Below, piece by piece: positions 27,074-35,039 of a DNA stretch of 38,603 bases. The DNA is from a virus. Lineage: Duplodnaviria > Caudoviricetes. Every line of letters begins with the position of its first letter. Position 1 is the stretch's first letter. Both the position numbers and the translations under genes were made by a program. The notes beneath the pieces were generated by a model, which saw only the letters and a list, made by a program, of their open reading frames with translations, searched no databases and was not told the origin of the DNA. The stretch covers positions 1-38,603 of the IMG/VR virus record IMGVR_UViG_3300016643_000202. One strand, given 5' to 3'.

Positions 27074-27764
27074 TACTATTCCAAATATTATCCATTTGTT
27101 TTACTTCATCTATTATATCTTTATGCAAGTAATTGATCAATAACGCAGGTCTAGTTATATCAGTATTGTTAGGCATGCTACTATGAAGAATCCTGCAATT
27201 ATAAATCAAAGCACTGCCTTGTGAAATACAATGTTGTTTCACATTATTATTGAACCATTTTGTATAATGATCATTATAACACAAATCGATATCAAAATCT
27301 CTTTTCTGGGAAAATGGAACTAATCCAGTCGATCCGTTTGTTGGATCAAGATCAAAGATGGGAATGATACATTGAATGCCTAATAATCTTTTATCAAAGT
27401 TATATTTTTTAAATCTATATGGGGTATCTACATGTGGATTTACCCATTGTGAGTGTGATGATATATGAACACTGTCTATAGCATAAGTTTCTAATTCAGG
27501 AAAATCAACTTGTATGATTGATTTAATGATGTTGTCTATGAATTGGACACTTTGCCAATCGTCTAGCATCTGACTCCACCACACTGCTATATCTTTTAGA
27601 TTCTTTATTTCATCTTTCTCGGCATATACCTTGTAACTACTGCTAGCCCGTACCGGTACAAGTTTATCTAGATCATTTTTGATATCTTCTATTACCGATA
27701 TTGGAATACAATTCTCAAGTATTGTGTATCCCCTACCATTTTCTAGTATGTGTTTTAAGTCCAT
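27057..27764 (-). CDS. PhyH-family 2-oxoglutarate/Fe(II) dioxygenase
   Basis: PHVD (HxD), NGSTGLVPFSQ, ILHSS distal His, RPAL. Confidence 0.85.
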   Translation of the reverse strand: MDLKHILENGRGYTILENCIPISVIEDIKNDLDKLVPVRASSSYKVYAEKDEIKNLKDIAVWWSQMLDDWQSVQFIDNIIKSIIQVDFPELETYAIDSVHISSHSQWVNPHVDTPYRFKKYNFDKRLLGIQCIIPIFDLDPTNGSTGLVPFSQKRDFDIDLCYNDHYTKWFNNNVKQHCISQGSALIYNCRILHSSMPNNTDITRPALLINYLHKDIIDEVKQMDNIWNSNDRKK

Positions 27765-27949
27765 TTTAGTTTATAAAAAGTTTCCATAGCAGGATCGGTG
27801 AAATTAAATTCAACATGAGTTTTGCCTGGCCAACCTGCCGTATGAAATGCCCAGGTAAAATCCTTATCACAAACTAACCCTGTTTTTTCTAGTTCATGTT
27901 TGAGTTCTAATGCCCTTGTTGCTGATAAAAATTTAATGATCACTGCCAT
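27755..27949 (-). CDS. Small protein, paralogue family with C-terminal F..LKW motif
   Basis: Ends FTDPAMETFYKLKWT; ATG 27949 coupled to upstream TAA. Confidence 0.7.
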   Translation of the reverse strand: MAVIIKFLSATRALELKHELEKTGLVCDKDFTWAFHTAGWPGKTHVEFNFTDPAMETFYKLKWT

Positions 27950-28182
27950 TATGACCACCTCAACATAAAATAAAAATAATCTTTCTCATGTCTGAATTTA
28001 ATTTTAATGAGTTCAGCAGTCATCTGCCATTTACAATGTTTGTAATATCCATCAATGTTATTCTCTACCCATTCTAACATCTCCATATACTTATTTACAG
28101 CATCATCTATATCTAGTTCGGTAGTATCGTATTCATAATGATGCCAATTACTATCGTCCCAGTTACTAGTAAATGTAACCAT
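27949..28182 (-). CDS. Small protein, same paralogue family
   Basis: Ends FRHEKDYFYFMLRWS; TAATG coupling. Confidence 0.7.
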   Translation of the reverse strand: MVTFTSNWDDSNWHHYEYDTTELDIDDAVNKYMEMLEWVENNIDGYYKHCKWQMTAELIKIKFRHEKDYFYFMLRWS

Positions 28183-28451
28183 TACATGAATTTAAGAATA
28201 TACACTAAATGCTTTTTTTCGTCAACTACTTTATAACTATCCGTTATATTTCCTGATTGTAGATTCATCTCTAACCCGTACTTTTCAAGTAACCATTGTT
28301 TGAAATGATATTCATCCCAATCACCGTTCCTATACTCCATGAATTCTTTTCTAGCATTCTTTAGTGATTGCCAATACTTCACACGATTGCGCCTGAAATC
28401 TATCTCAGGATCATCGTCATCATAGTCTTGGAAGTCTTTTATTATTCCCAT
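28182..28451 (-). CDS. Small protein, same paralogue family (divergent)
   Basis: Ends VVDEKKHLVYILKFM. Confidence 0.7.
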   Translation of the reverse strand: MGIIKDFQDYDDDDPEIDFRRNRVKYWQSLKNARKEFMEYRNGDWDEYHFKQWLLEKYGLEMNLQSGNITDSYKVVDEKKHLVYILKFM

Positions 28452-28648
28452 CTCAATCTAAAAAATATTGCGTCTTTCTCATCATAAAAATTGAATTCTA
28501 GGTATCTCTCGCATGGATGCGTGAAAAATCTCTGTCCAGGCAATCCAAATTGTTCTATCGCCCAGGCACATGTCTCATCCCATGTAGTAATATTATCACC
28601 CATTTTCCATGGAATCCTCACGCAATAAATTTTATCAGTATCCTGCAT
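28442..28648 (-). CDS. Small protein, same paralogue family
   Basis: W..EQFG motif; ends FYDEKDAIFFRLRWE. Confidence 0.7.
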   Translation of the reverse strand: MQDTDKIYCVRIPWKMGDNITTWDETCAWAIEQFGLPGQRFFTHPCERYLEFNFYDEKDAIFFRLRWE

Positions 28649-29330
28649 CTTTGAGCAACTTCTTTACCTCGTTGATCTTAGTGGCATCCCTCTTGAATTT
28701 TACTGCCCATAGTTCAGGATTAATGTATTCGATGATCAATTTTACCTGAGTTTCATCTAAATTTTCAAGAAATTGTTTGCCGCTACCGCTTTGATACAAT
28801 ATCCAAGGACTTATCTTGCCAGTAGTGATCGCGTAACAAATCTTATTAATGTTGCCATATCTTAGATAGTCTTTGCTTAAAATCTTTTCACTTTCTGACA
28901 AAGATATCATAGTTTCGATTGATCTAGCGATAGCATCAAAAGGATCTTCCTCGCGTAGATACTGAGCTAAGAACAGGTTGTAAACGCTATCGCTAGTCCA
29001 GCTTCCATCGATCTTATAGTCATTCTTCAATAACCATTCACTATACCGCGATGGATTAAGTACATTTACTTCTACACAATAATTTCCAAACTTTACGAAT
29101 GCGGTGTAATAGGCACTTTTCATGAAATCTTCATAAGTTTTTTGTTTCTTGCTTGCGCTATTTCTTTTATAGAAGTTTAAAAAAGCTTGAAAGCCTATAC
29201 GGTTACCTTGTTTATCCTTGTCTTGATATCTGCGTTTGTTCTCGCAGATATGTTTAAATATTGTTGATTCTCGCAAGAACTCACGCTTACAGAATTCACA
29301 ACTGAACTTAGTTTCCCCTGTCACGCTCAT
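28635..29330 (-). CDS. Hypothetical protein with N-terminal C2H2/C2HC-like zinc finger
   Basis: FSCEFCKREF......KHIC; start uncertain (29330 or 29363). Confidence 0.7.
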   Translation of the reverse strand: MSVTGETKFSCEFCKREFLRESTIFKHICENKRRYQDKDKQGNRIGFQAFLNFYKRNSASKKQKTYEDFMKSAYYTAFVKFGNYCVEVNVLNPSRYSEWLLKNDYKIDGSWTSDSVYNLFLAQYLREEDPFDAIARSIETMISLSESEKILSKDYLRYGNINKICYAITTGKISPWILYQSGSGKQFLENLDETQVKLIIEYINPELWAVKFKRDATKINEVKKLLKDAGY

Positions 29331-29892
29331 ACTGCTTGATTTCTTCTTCAGATACGATTGCATTCAATACCTCAATATCTTGTATTTTCATTTCTGGAAA
29401 CATCTCTGCCAGATAACATTTTCTTTTTTGTTCTTCGACAAATGCCTGTGATAATTGTTCTAACTGCTCTTTGTCAAGTTTATAAATTTTAGAATAATAG
29501 TCTTTGATATCTTTAGCTTTAGCGGGCTCTTTCAATTTAGATACTTTGTCTTTGATGTTGGGTATCCACTGATGAAATTGTTTTCCTATTCCCGGACTAG
29601 CAGAACATAACATTAGCCATTGTAGCTTAGGATGTTTACCTATAGCTTCATTGAAAAAATACTTGTTGGCATGATAGTCAACAGATTGCAGATAATATTG
29701 TTGTATGTCTTTGCTGCCTTTAACTGCACTCATCCAATGTAACATCATGAACGGAACAAATTTCTTTTTCTGCTCTTCGGTCAATCGATCATAATATCCA
29801 TAGTCTTTTTTATCCAATGCCACTAAGGCTTCGAACAAATCAAAGTCTTGCTTCTCAAACTTCTCATCAGTAGCTAGTTTTTCTTTAGCCAT
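29308..29892 (-). CDS. Putative clamp-loader small subunit (T4 gp62-like)
   Basis: KKFVPFMMLHWMS..AN..HPKLQW..HQWI..IKDYY pattern resembles the gp62 family; replication context. Confidence 0.5.
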   Translation of the reverse strand: MAKEKLATDEKFEKQDFDLFEALVALDKKDYGYYDRLTEEQKKKFVPFMMLHWMSAVKGSKDIQQYYLQSVDYHANKYFFNEAIGKHPKLQWLMLCSASPGIGKQFHQWIPNIKDKVSKLKEPAKAKDIKDYYSKIYKLDKEQLEQLSQAFVEEQKRKCYLAEMFPEMKIQDIEVLNAIVSEEEIKQYERDRGN

Positions 29893-30179
29893 TATCGTTT
29901 CAATGATTCCATTGTAATGATATGACTGATCTCTTGACCTAGATCACGGTCGCTTGGAATCACATATAATGTATAAATGTTATCATCATTCTTTCTATCA
30001 TAATGTCTTAACTCTAACACAGTGCCACCGTTAGCCTGATATAATGTAAAGTTAGTACCATTGCTTGCGATCCTGGACCTTTCCTGAACTACTAGTTCAG
30101 CAGTGTCATCCATTTTTTTGTTATCTCTTTTTGCTTTAGTTAACTGTTTATCACACCATTTAAAAAACATACCTATCAT
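29892..30179 (-). CDS. Hypothetical protein
   Basis: 95 aa; AGGAG SD; coupled to next gene. Confidence 0.7.
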   Translation of the reverse strand: MIGMFFKWCDKQLTKAKRDNKKMDDTAELVVQERSRIASNGTNFTLYQANGGTVLELRHYDRKNDDNIYTLYVIPSDRDLGQEISHIITMESLKR

Positions 30180-30191
30180 ATTTTTCTCCTA

Positions 30192-30692
30192 TCAAAATGC
30201 TTGGCTATAATCTACGATCTCGCAATTCCTGCTGATCTCTTTCACGAAATACACGCATCGTGGCTTTTTCCCATCGTCGATAGGCACACACAAGAACTGC
30301 CCATTCTTTAATCTGGGGGCATACCATGTTACATCATGATAGATGTCAACGATCTCTATGGGTTCGAATGTTGGCTTGAATGAACTCAAGGGATTAAATT
30401 CGAATGCGCTGAAGCCACGATCATTGATACTTGTCAGGGGCAATACTTCTAGATCGCCGTGATCTTTCTCGCCTATCAGTATTTGCCAATCCATTGGCAT
30501 CTTGATTTTTTGATCGCCAATCTTTAATACCAATGCAGGGCTATTGAATGATTCTAGGAATATCAGTGGGATATAATGATAATCTACATTCTGTGGATTA
30601 CTATTGTCTAGTATAGCGAACCGTAGATCATCGATCTCTTCGGGTAATGTCTCTAAATTGTAGTATGTATCTTCTAAGGTTAGTATTCGCAT
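30192..30692 (-). CDS. Conserved-looking beta-rich hypothetical protein
   Basis: 166 aa ORF immediately downstream of uvsW. Confidence 0.75.
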   Translation of the reverse strand: MRILTLEDTYYNLETLPEEIDDLRFAILDNSNPQNVDYHYIPLIFLESFNSPALVLKIGDQKIKMPMDWQILIGEKDHGDLEVLPLTSINDRGFSAFEFNPLSSFKPTFEPIEIVDIYHDVTWYAPRLKNGQFLCVPIDDGKKPRCVYFVKEISRNCEIVDYSQAF

Positions 30693-30704
30693 GTGTCGAT
30701 TTTC

Positions 30705-32162
30705 TCATTTATAATCTAGCTTTTCAAGCGTAAAAGGATAATTAGCTTCTTTGTAAAAAGTTTTCCGTTGTGTCAGATGTCGTTTGGCAAATTTACAGTT
30801 GCTTGTTATGTCCCAGATTTGAACAAAGTCTTTATCTTCCGCTTTACGGATGCCACGACCAATACTCTGTATAACTCGTACAAAGCTTTTGCCAGGCTCG
30901 ATAAGAACCAGATTAAAAATACGGGGGATATTAATACCAACACTAGCCACACCATATGTTGCCACAATGATCTTGTCCATGCTAGTAGCGACCTCGTCGT
31001 ATTCTTCTTTTCTTTCTGTTAACTTGGTCTCTCCTGATATGAATACCGCATCAGGTAATCTTTTCAATATCTCATTTCCTGCATTGATGCGATCAACTAA
31101 TACCAGCGTGTTGCCCGTATCATTGATCTTTGCTATCAATTCTGCGATCTTATCTAATCGCTTTGTTTCTTCTAATAGATGTTTTAGTTCGCTTTGATAA
31201 TTCGTGAATTCTACACCATCTAGTAATTGCACGATATTGACATGACATTGTGCTAACACTCCTTTATCTTGTAATTCACTGGCTGCTAATTTATTGATGA
31301 CTGGGCCGAGGCTAACGAACAACGATTGCCTCTCAAAGTCTGCCTTAGGGATAGTACCGGTGAGTCCCCATCTGATCGGGATATGGCTCATGACACCTGT
31401 CAATAATGACTTCAGTGCATCGGCCTTTGCCATGTGCACCTCATCGACCATGACGCAGACAACATCTTCTAAGAACTCACCGATCGATATATCTGCTTCT
31501 CCCGCCTTAGTGTTCTTCAATAAGTTATTGAGGCTTTGCCATGTACATATCGTGTGCTTTTTACCAAAGTCTTTCCTGTCCCCGAAATACACGCCCACAT
31601 CTAATCCAAGATTCACATAGTCCGCTTCTGTCTGTGTGACCAAACTTTTGTTAGGAACAATCACTATCGATCTACCATATGGCTCTATGCTATAACTCAA
31701 TGCTGCCGTCATGATTGTCTTGCCTGCGCCAGTCGCAACTTCCTGGACACTCTGCGGATTTGCCAAGAACTGGTTGATGATCTCGATCTGATAGTCACGG
31801 AGAACGATGGGTTCTCCTTCTACGGGATGTCCTTTGGGCCATGTTTTGTGTTTAAATGTTTCCTCGGACACTTGATTGAACTGAAAATTGGTAGTGTATT
31901 GTCGCAAGTCTACCAATTCGATATCATATCCCGCTTCTTCAAGTACGGGAATGATCTCAGGCAATAGATTGATATATGTGCTACCCGCTAGACTAAAGTA
32001 ACTGACCTTGCCATTCCATCTACCCAATTTTACCGCGGGTAAGTATCTGGCCCCGGGAATCTCATACTCAAATTTTTTCATCAAGGTTCTACGCTCGGTG
32101 AGTTCCAAGCCCTCGATCTTTATGTTGACCTCATCCTTGACTATAATTTTACATTCTCTCAT
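30705..32162 (-). CDS. uvsW: SF2 DNA helicase (UvsW-like)
   Basis: LRDYQ, ATGAGKT, DEVH, GLTGT, VGINIP, QSIGRGIR. Confidence 0.9.
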   Translation of the reverse strand: MRECKIIVKDEVNIKIEGLELTERRTLMKKFEYEIPGARYLPAVKLGRWNGKVSYFSLAGSTYINLLPEIIPVLEEAGYDIELVDLRQYTTNFQFNQVSEETFKHKTWPKGHPVEGEPIVLRDYQIEIINQFLANPQSVQEVATGAGKTIMTAALSYSIEPYGRSIVIVPNKSLVTQTEADYVNLGLDVGVYFGDRKDFGKKHTICTWQSLNNLLKNTKAGEADISIGEFLEDVVCVMVDEVHMAKADALKSLLTGVMSHIPIRWGLTGTIPKADFERQSLFVSLGPVINKLAASELQDKGVLAQCHVNIVQLLDGVEFTNYQSELKHLLEETKRLDKIAELIAKINDTGNTLVLVDRINAGNEILKRLPDAVFISGETKLTERKEEYDEVATSMDKIIVATYGVASVGINIPRIFNLVLIEPGKSFVRVIQSIGRGIRKAEDKDFVQIWDITSNCKFAKRHLTQRKTFYKEANYPFTLEKLDYK

Positions 32163-32168
32163 CACTAT

Positions 32169-32198
32169 ATTCTATCATAAAGATTAGTACTTAGTCTA
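32169..32198 (-). promoter_or_regulatory. sigma70-type promoter for uvsW
   Basis: TAGACT-N18-TAGAAT with TGn extension; -10 ends 6 nt before ATG 32162. Confidence 0.6.
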
Positions 32199-32208
32199 CA
32201 CAAAAGGC

Positions 32209-32234
32209 AAAAAGAGGGAACATATGTTCCCTCT
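32209..32234 (-). terminator. Rho-independent terminator after AAA+ ATPase
   Basis: Perfect 22-bp palindrome AGAGGGAACATATGTTCCCTCT followed by a U-run on the minus strand. Confidence 0.85.
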
Positions 32235-32283
32235 GTGTAGACGGGGGACTTATTGACATTGCCCCTTGCCTTCACACGGCAGA

Positions 32284-33318
32284 CTATGCCCGTTTCATCA
32301 CGGTATTCTCAGCAAGCATCTTCCAGTTACGGGGACTAACTTTGACCAGATCCGCGATCTTGAGTGCCATGCGCAGTGACAACTCACGGAGCTTGCTACG
32401 CTTTTCCCACATGAAGTCCAGAACCTCTTCACCCTCGTTCTCGGCGAAGTCATAGTCCTTGAACAATCCACCCGTGTCATTGCTATCACGGTGAACCTGC
32501 TTGATGCGTAGCATCTTGTCACGCTCGGTGTCGATGGTAAGATCGAGGAAGTGACAACGGCTCTGCAATGCCTCCAAGTGATCCTGGAGCTTTTTGCTCT
32601 TGAGGTTCTCAAACTTCAAGTTGGTGATAAAGATCACCGAACCCTTGAATTCGAACTGATCGGGCACACCCTCACGGCGTAGCATAGCACTGTCACTGTT
32701 CCAGCAGATACGGCGCCGTTTGCCACTATCAAGTGCTGCCTTGAGGATGTTGAGTGACAGGTCATCTTGCAGGATGCTGTCGCAGTCATCGAACACCAGT
32801 ACATTCTTGGCATCGCTGTACTTGAATAATGTGCAGTAGAGACCGATCGCGGTCATAGCACCTTTCATGATTTCGAAACGAACACGCTTGCCTGCCAGCT
32901 TGTCAAACATGCTAGCCTTTTCAAGCTGGGTCTCGACACCAAAACTCTTACCAACTCCCGGGGGACCTGATACGATCATTGCACGGATATCACCGTTGAT
33001 ACATGCCTTAGACATGTCATCGAGGATCTCAAAACGGGTAGCGATACGGTTCATCGCTTCCTCATCAGTCTCGGTAACGGTTGCTACTTTGGGTTTGAAT
33101 GCTACTTCGGTCATTGGTTCTCCATCAAGATATTCGATATTAGACACATTATTCACTTTTACCTTCACTACATCAATAGCAATCGGGAAATTCCCGTCGT
33201 TTTTAACAGTGACATATGCACCTTTTTTGCCCTGCTGAAAACCTTTGACAAGGGTGAATTTCGTATTGATCACGGGGATATTGCGATATTCACCAAACTT
33301 GATAAGAACTTGAGACAT
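32284..33318 (-). CDS. AAA+ family ATPase with small N-terminal domain
   Basis: Walker A GPPGVGKS, Walker B VLVFDD, sensor-1 IFITN, arginine finger ALQSR. Confidence 0.85.
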   Translation of the reverse strand: MSQVLIKFGEYRNIPVINTKFTLVKGFQQGKKGAYVTVKNDGNFPIAIDVVKVKVNNVSNIEYLDGEPMTEVAFKPKVATVTETDEEAMNRIATRFEILDDMSKACINGDIRAMIVSGPPGVGKSFGVETQLEKASMFDKLAGKRVRFEIMKGAMTAIGLYCTLFKYSDAKNVLVFDDCDSILQDDLSLNILKAALDSGKRRRICWNSDSAMLRREGVPDQFEFKGSVIFITNLKFENLKSKKLQDHLEALQSRCHFLDLTIDTERDKMLRIKQVHRDSNDTGGLFKDYDFAENEGEEVLDFMWEKRSKLRELSLRMALKIADLVKVSPRNWKMLAENTVMKRA

Positions 33319-33352
33319 TTACTTACTCCTGTTTGTTCACTGTATGAATACT

Positions 33353-33381
33353 ATTATATACCCAGACCCATTTATTGTCAA
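33353..33381 (-). promoter_or_regulatory. sigma70-type early promoter
   Basis: TTGACA-ATAAATGGGTCTGGGTA(17 nt)-TATAAT. Confidence 0.85.
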
Positions 33382-33581
33382 CCTCGAATGGTGTCGAAAA
33401 TCTGATTCTTGAGGCGACTTACATCCTCATCATCAACATAATAATCCGTTGAGGGGTCATAATACTTGCCCTCCTTAGGATCATAATACAGTACCGCGCC
33501 CGAAGGATAATAGAAAGGACCTTCTAGTCCCTTTCTGGGTTGGTATTTTGCTTCACGCTCGGTTAGGACTTTATAGCCCAT
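33378..33581 (-). CDS. Hypothetical protein
   Basis: 67 aa; GLEGPF...G.VLYYDPKEGKYYDP.TD; TAATG coupling. Confidence 0.75.
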   Translation of the reverse strand: MGYKVLTEREAKYQPRKGLEGPFYYPSGAVLYYDPKEGKYYDPSTDYYVDDEDVSRLKNQIFDTIRG

Positions 33582-33880
33582 TATGCGATCTCCAGAGTTT
33601 TTGCAGGGTAAGTGATTTTACCGTCGTATGCCAGTTGGCTCTTTTCGAATGATGTCATGTAATCATCGGAAACGATATCGAACCCAATGATAGTCTCAGA
33701 ACCAAAACTGTCACTATATTCAATAGTATCACGCACTGCCATCACAAGGCTAGTAGCATCAGCATATGAACCCGTGAACCCCTTGATAAAGTAGTCCCCG
33801 CCACCTTTATTCTTCCAGTAGGGCTCGTCTTCAGTACCATAGTTTTCACGATATTGGGTAGTGATAAGAATCTTGCTCAT
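33581..33880 (-). CDS. Hypothetical protein
   Basis: 99 aa; TQYRENYG..YWKNKGG; GAGG SD. Confidence 0.75.
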   Translation of the reverse strand: MSKILITTQYRENYGTEDEPYWKNKGGGDYFIKGFTGSYADATSLVMAVRDTIEYSDSFGSETIIGFDIVSDDYMTSFEKSQLAYDGKITYPAKTLEIA

Positions 33881-33907
33881 GTTTGTCCTCGATTTCAGAA
33901 TAAAGAT

Positions 33908-33936
33908 AGTATACTAGAATGCCCATTTATTGTCAA
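33908..33936 (-). promoter_or_regulatory. sigma70-type early promoter
   Basis: TTGACA-ATAAATGGGCATTCTAG(17 nt)-TATACT. Confidence 0.85.
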
Positions 33937-33938
33937 AT

Positions 33939-34256
33939 TTAGGCTTTGATCCAATATTCCTCGTCAAACATTTCCACACTCTCACTTCCATCATATTCAC
34001 TGATCTTGAATAATGTGCCCTCGGGTACCCATGCTACAGCCAGATCATCGACACCGTTGCGACACATCTCAGGATATTTCAATGTTATGTATTCAATTAT
34101 CATTTGCTTATTCGCATCATTAAGTATCATATCTACCAATGTGGGATCGAAAATCAAATCATTGCCGTAACCTTCAGTGTCCCAGGTACTCCATCCTGCC
34201 CCAAAATTAGGACTATAGATCACTGCCACCGAACCATCTCTAACATACTTATTCAT
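33939..34256 (-). CDS. Hypothetical phage protein
   Basis: VAVIYSPNFGAGWSTW..F.I.EYDGSE motif; likely start ATG 34256 overlapping upstream stop. Confidence 0.7.
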   Translation of the reverse strand: MNKYVRDGSVAVIYSPNFGAGWSTWDTEGYGNDLIFDPTLVDMILNDANKQMIIEYITLKYPEMCRNGVDDLAVAWVPEGTLFKISEYDGSESVEMFDEEYWIKA

Positions 34257-34980
34257 TGAGTTCCCATTTGTGTGCTTCATACCAACTTAGTTCCCCGCTC
34301 TTTTTGATTGCTGGGGTAGTATTGATCGAAATATCATTGACAACTAATTTATCAAACACCTGCAATAATTGATTATTATCATCAAAGGGCAAACACCACA
34401 AGTTATCACTTTGATCAGTGAAAAAGTATTCTACCCTAGCGTATGTTTTTTGTTTCCACAATAATTTTTTCTTGAATTTTAATGTAAACTTTTTACAGAC
34501 ATATTTTGTCTTAGTGGTATCAGCATATTGTTTAAGTTCATCGAACTCAAGATCATAATCATACATGTGGGGTAAACGATGCACCAAACCAATAAACTGT
34601 TCTCTGATAGAATGTTTTGGTCCATGAATATAGATATTTAAATCTTCCCTGAATTGAGATAATTTACATTCTTTGATTTTCCATAGCATGATTTTTTTAC
34701 TATAGTAATCCCGTATATTATGGGCTTTTAAGTAATCAGCTTCAATAACTTTGGAAACCACTGAATCATTATAAAATTTAAGGTATGGCGTAATTTTATT
34801 TTCCTCGCTTAATCTTTGGTATGCGCAGGAAAGCACTAAGAAATCCCCCTCGATCTCTAATACTTTATATTCTTTAACCAAATTCATATCTAAATCATTA
34901 AACAAGGTACTTAAATGTTTGAGATTTTTTCCAGATTTTGAATTTAATATCTGTTGAAGTTTTGGGTGTTTTGAAAACAT
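34249..34980 (-). CDS. Hypothetical protein
   Basis: ATG 34980 with GGAG SD and upstream promoter. Confidence 0.7.
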   Translation of the reverse strand: MFSKHPKLQQILNSKSGKNLKHLSTLFNDLDMNLVKEYKVLEIEGDFLVLSCAYQRLSEENKITPYLKFYNDSVVSKVIEADYLKAHNIRDYYSKKIMLWKIKECKLSQFREDLNIYIHGPKHSIREQFIGLVHRLPHMYDYDLEFDELKQYADTTKTKYVCKKFTLKFKKKLLWKQKTYARVEYFFTDQSDNLWCLPFDDNNQLLQVFDKLVVNDISINTTPAIKKSGELSWYEAHKWELNE

Positions 34981-35003
34981 ATTATCTCCAGTTGTCAAAG
35001 AGC

Positions 35004-35032
35004 ATGATAACAGAAACTATGTTTCAAATCAA
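35004..35032 (-). promoter_or_regulatory. sigma70-type promoter with palindromic spacer
   Basis: TTGATT-N17-TATCAT with TGn; GAAAC-N3-GTTTC inverted repeat at 35013-35025. Confidence 0.5.
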
Positions 35033-35039
35033 GTATGTG

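Noticed and set aside
32240-32283. GC-rich intergenic stretches (here, 5289-5341 and 37271-37296) as tRNA genes
   Set aside because: No cloverleaf, TTC-containing T-loop or acceptor stem could be formed
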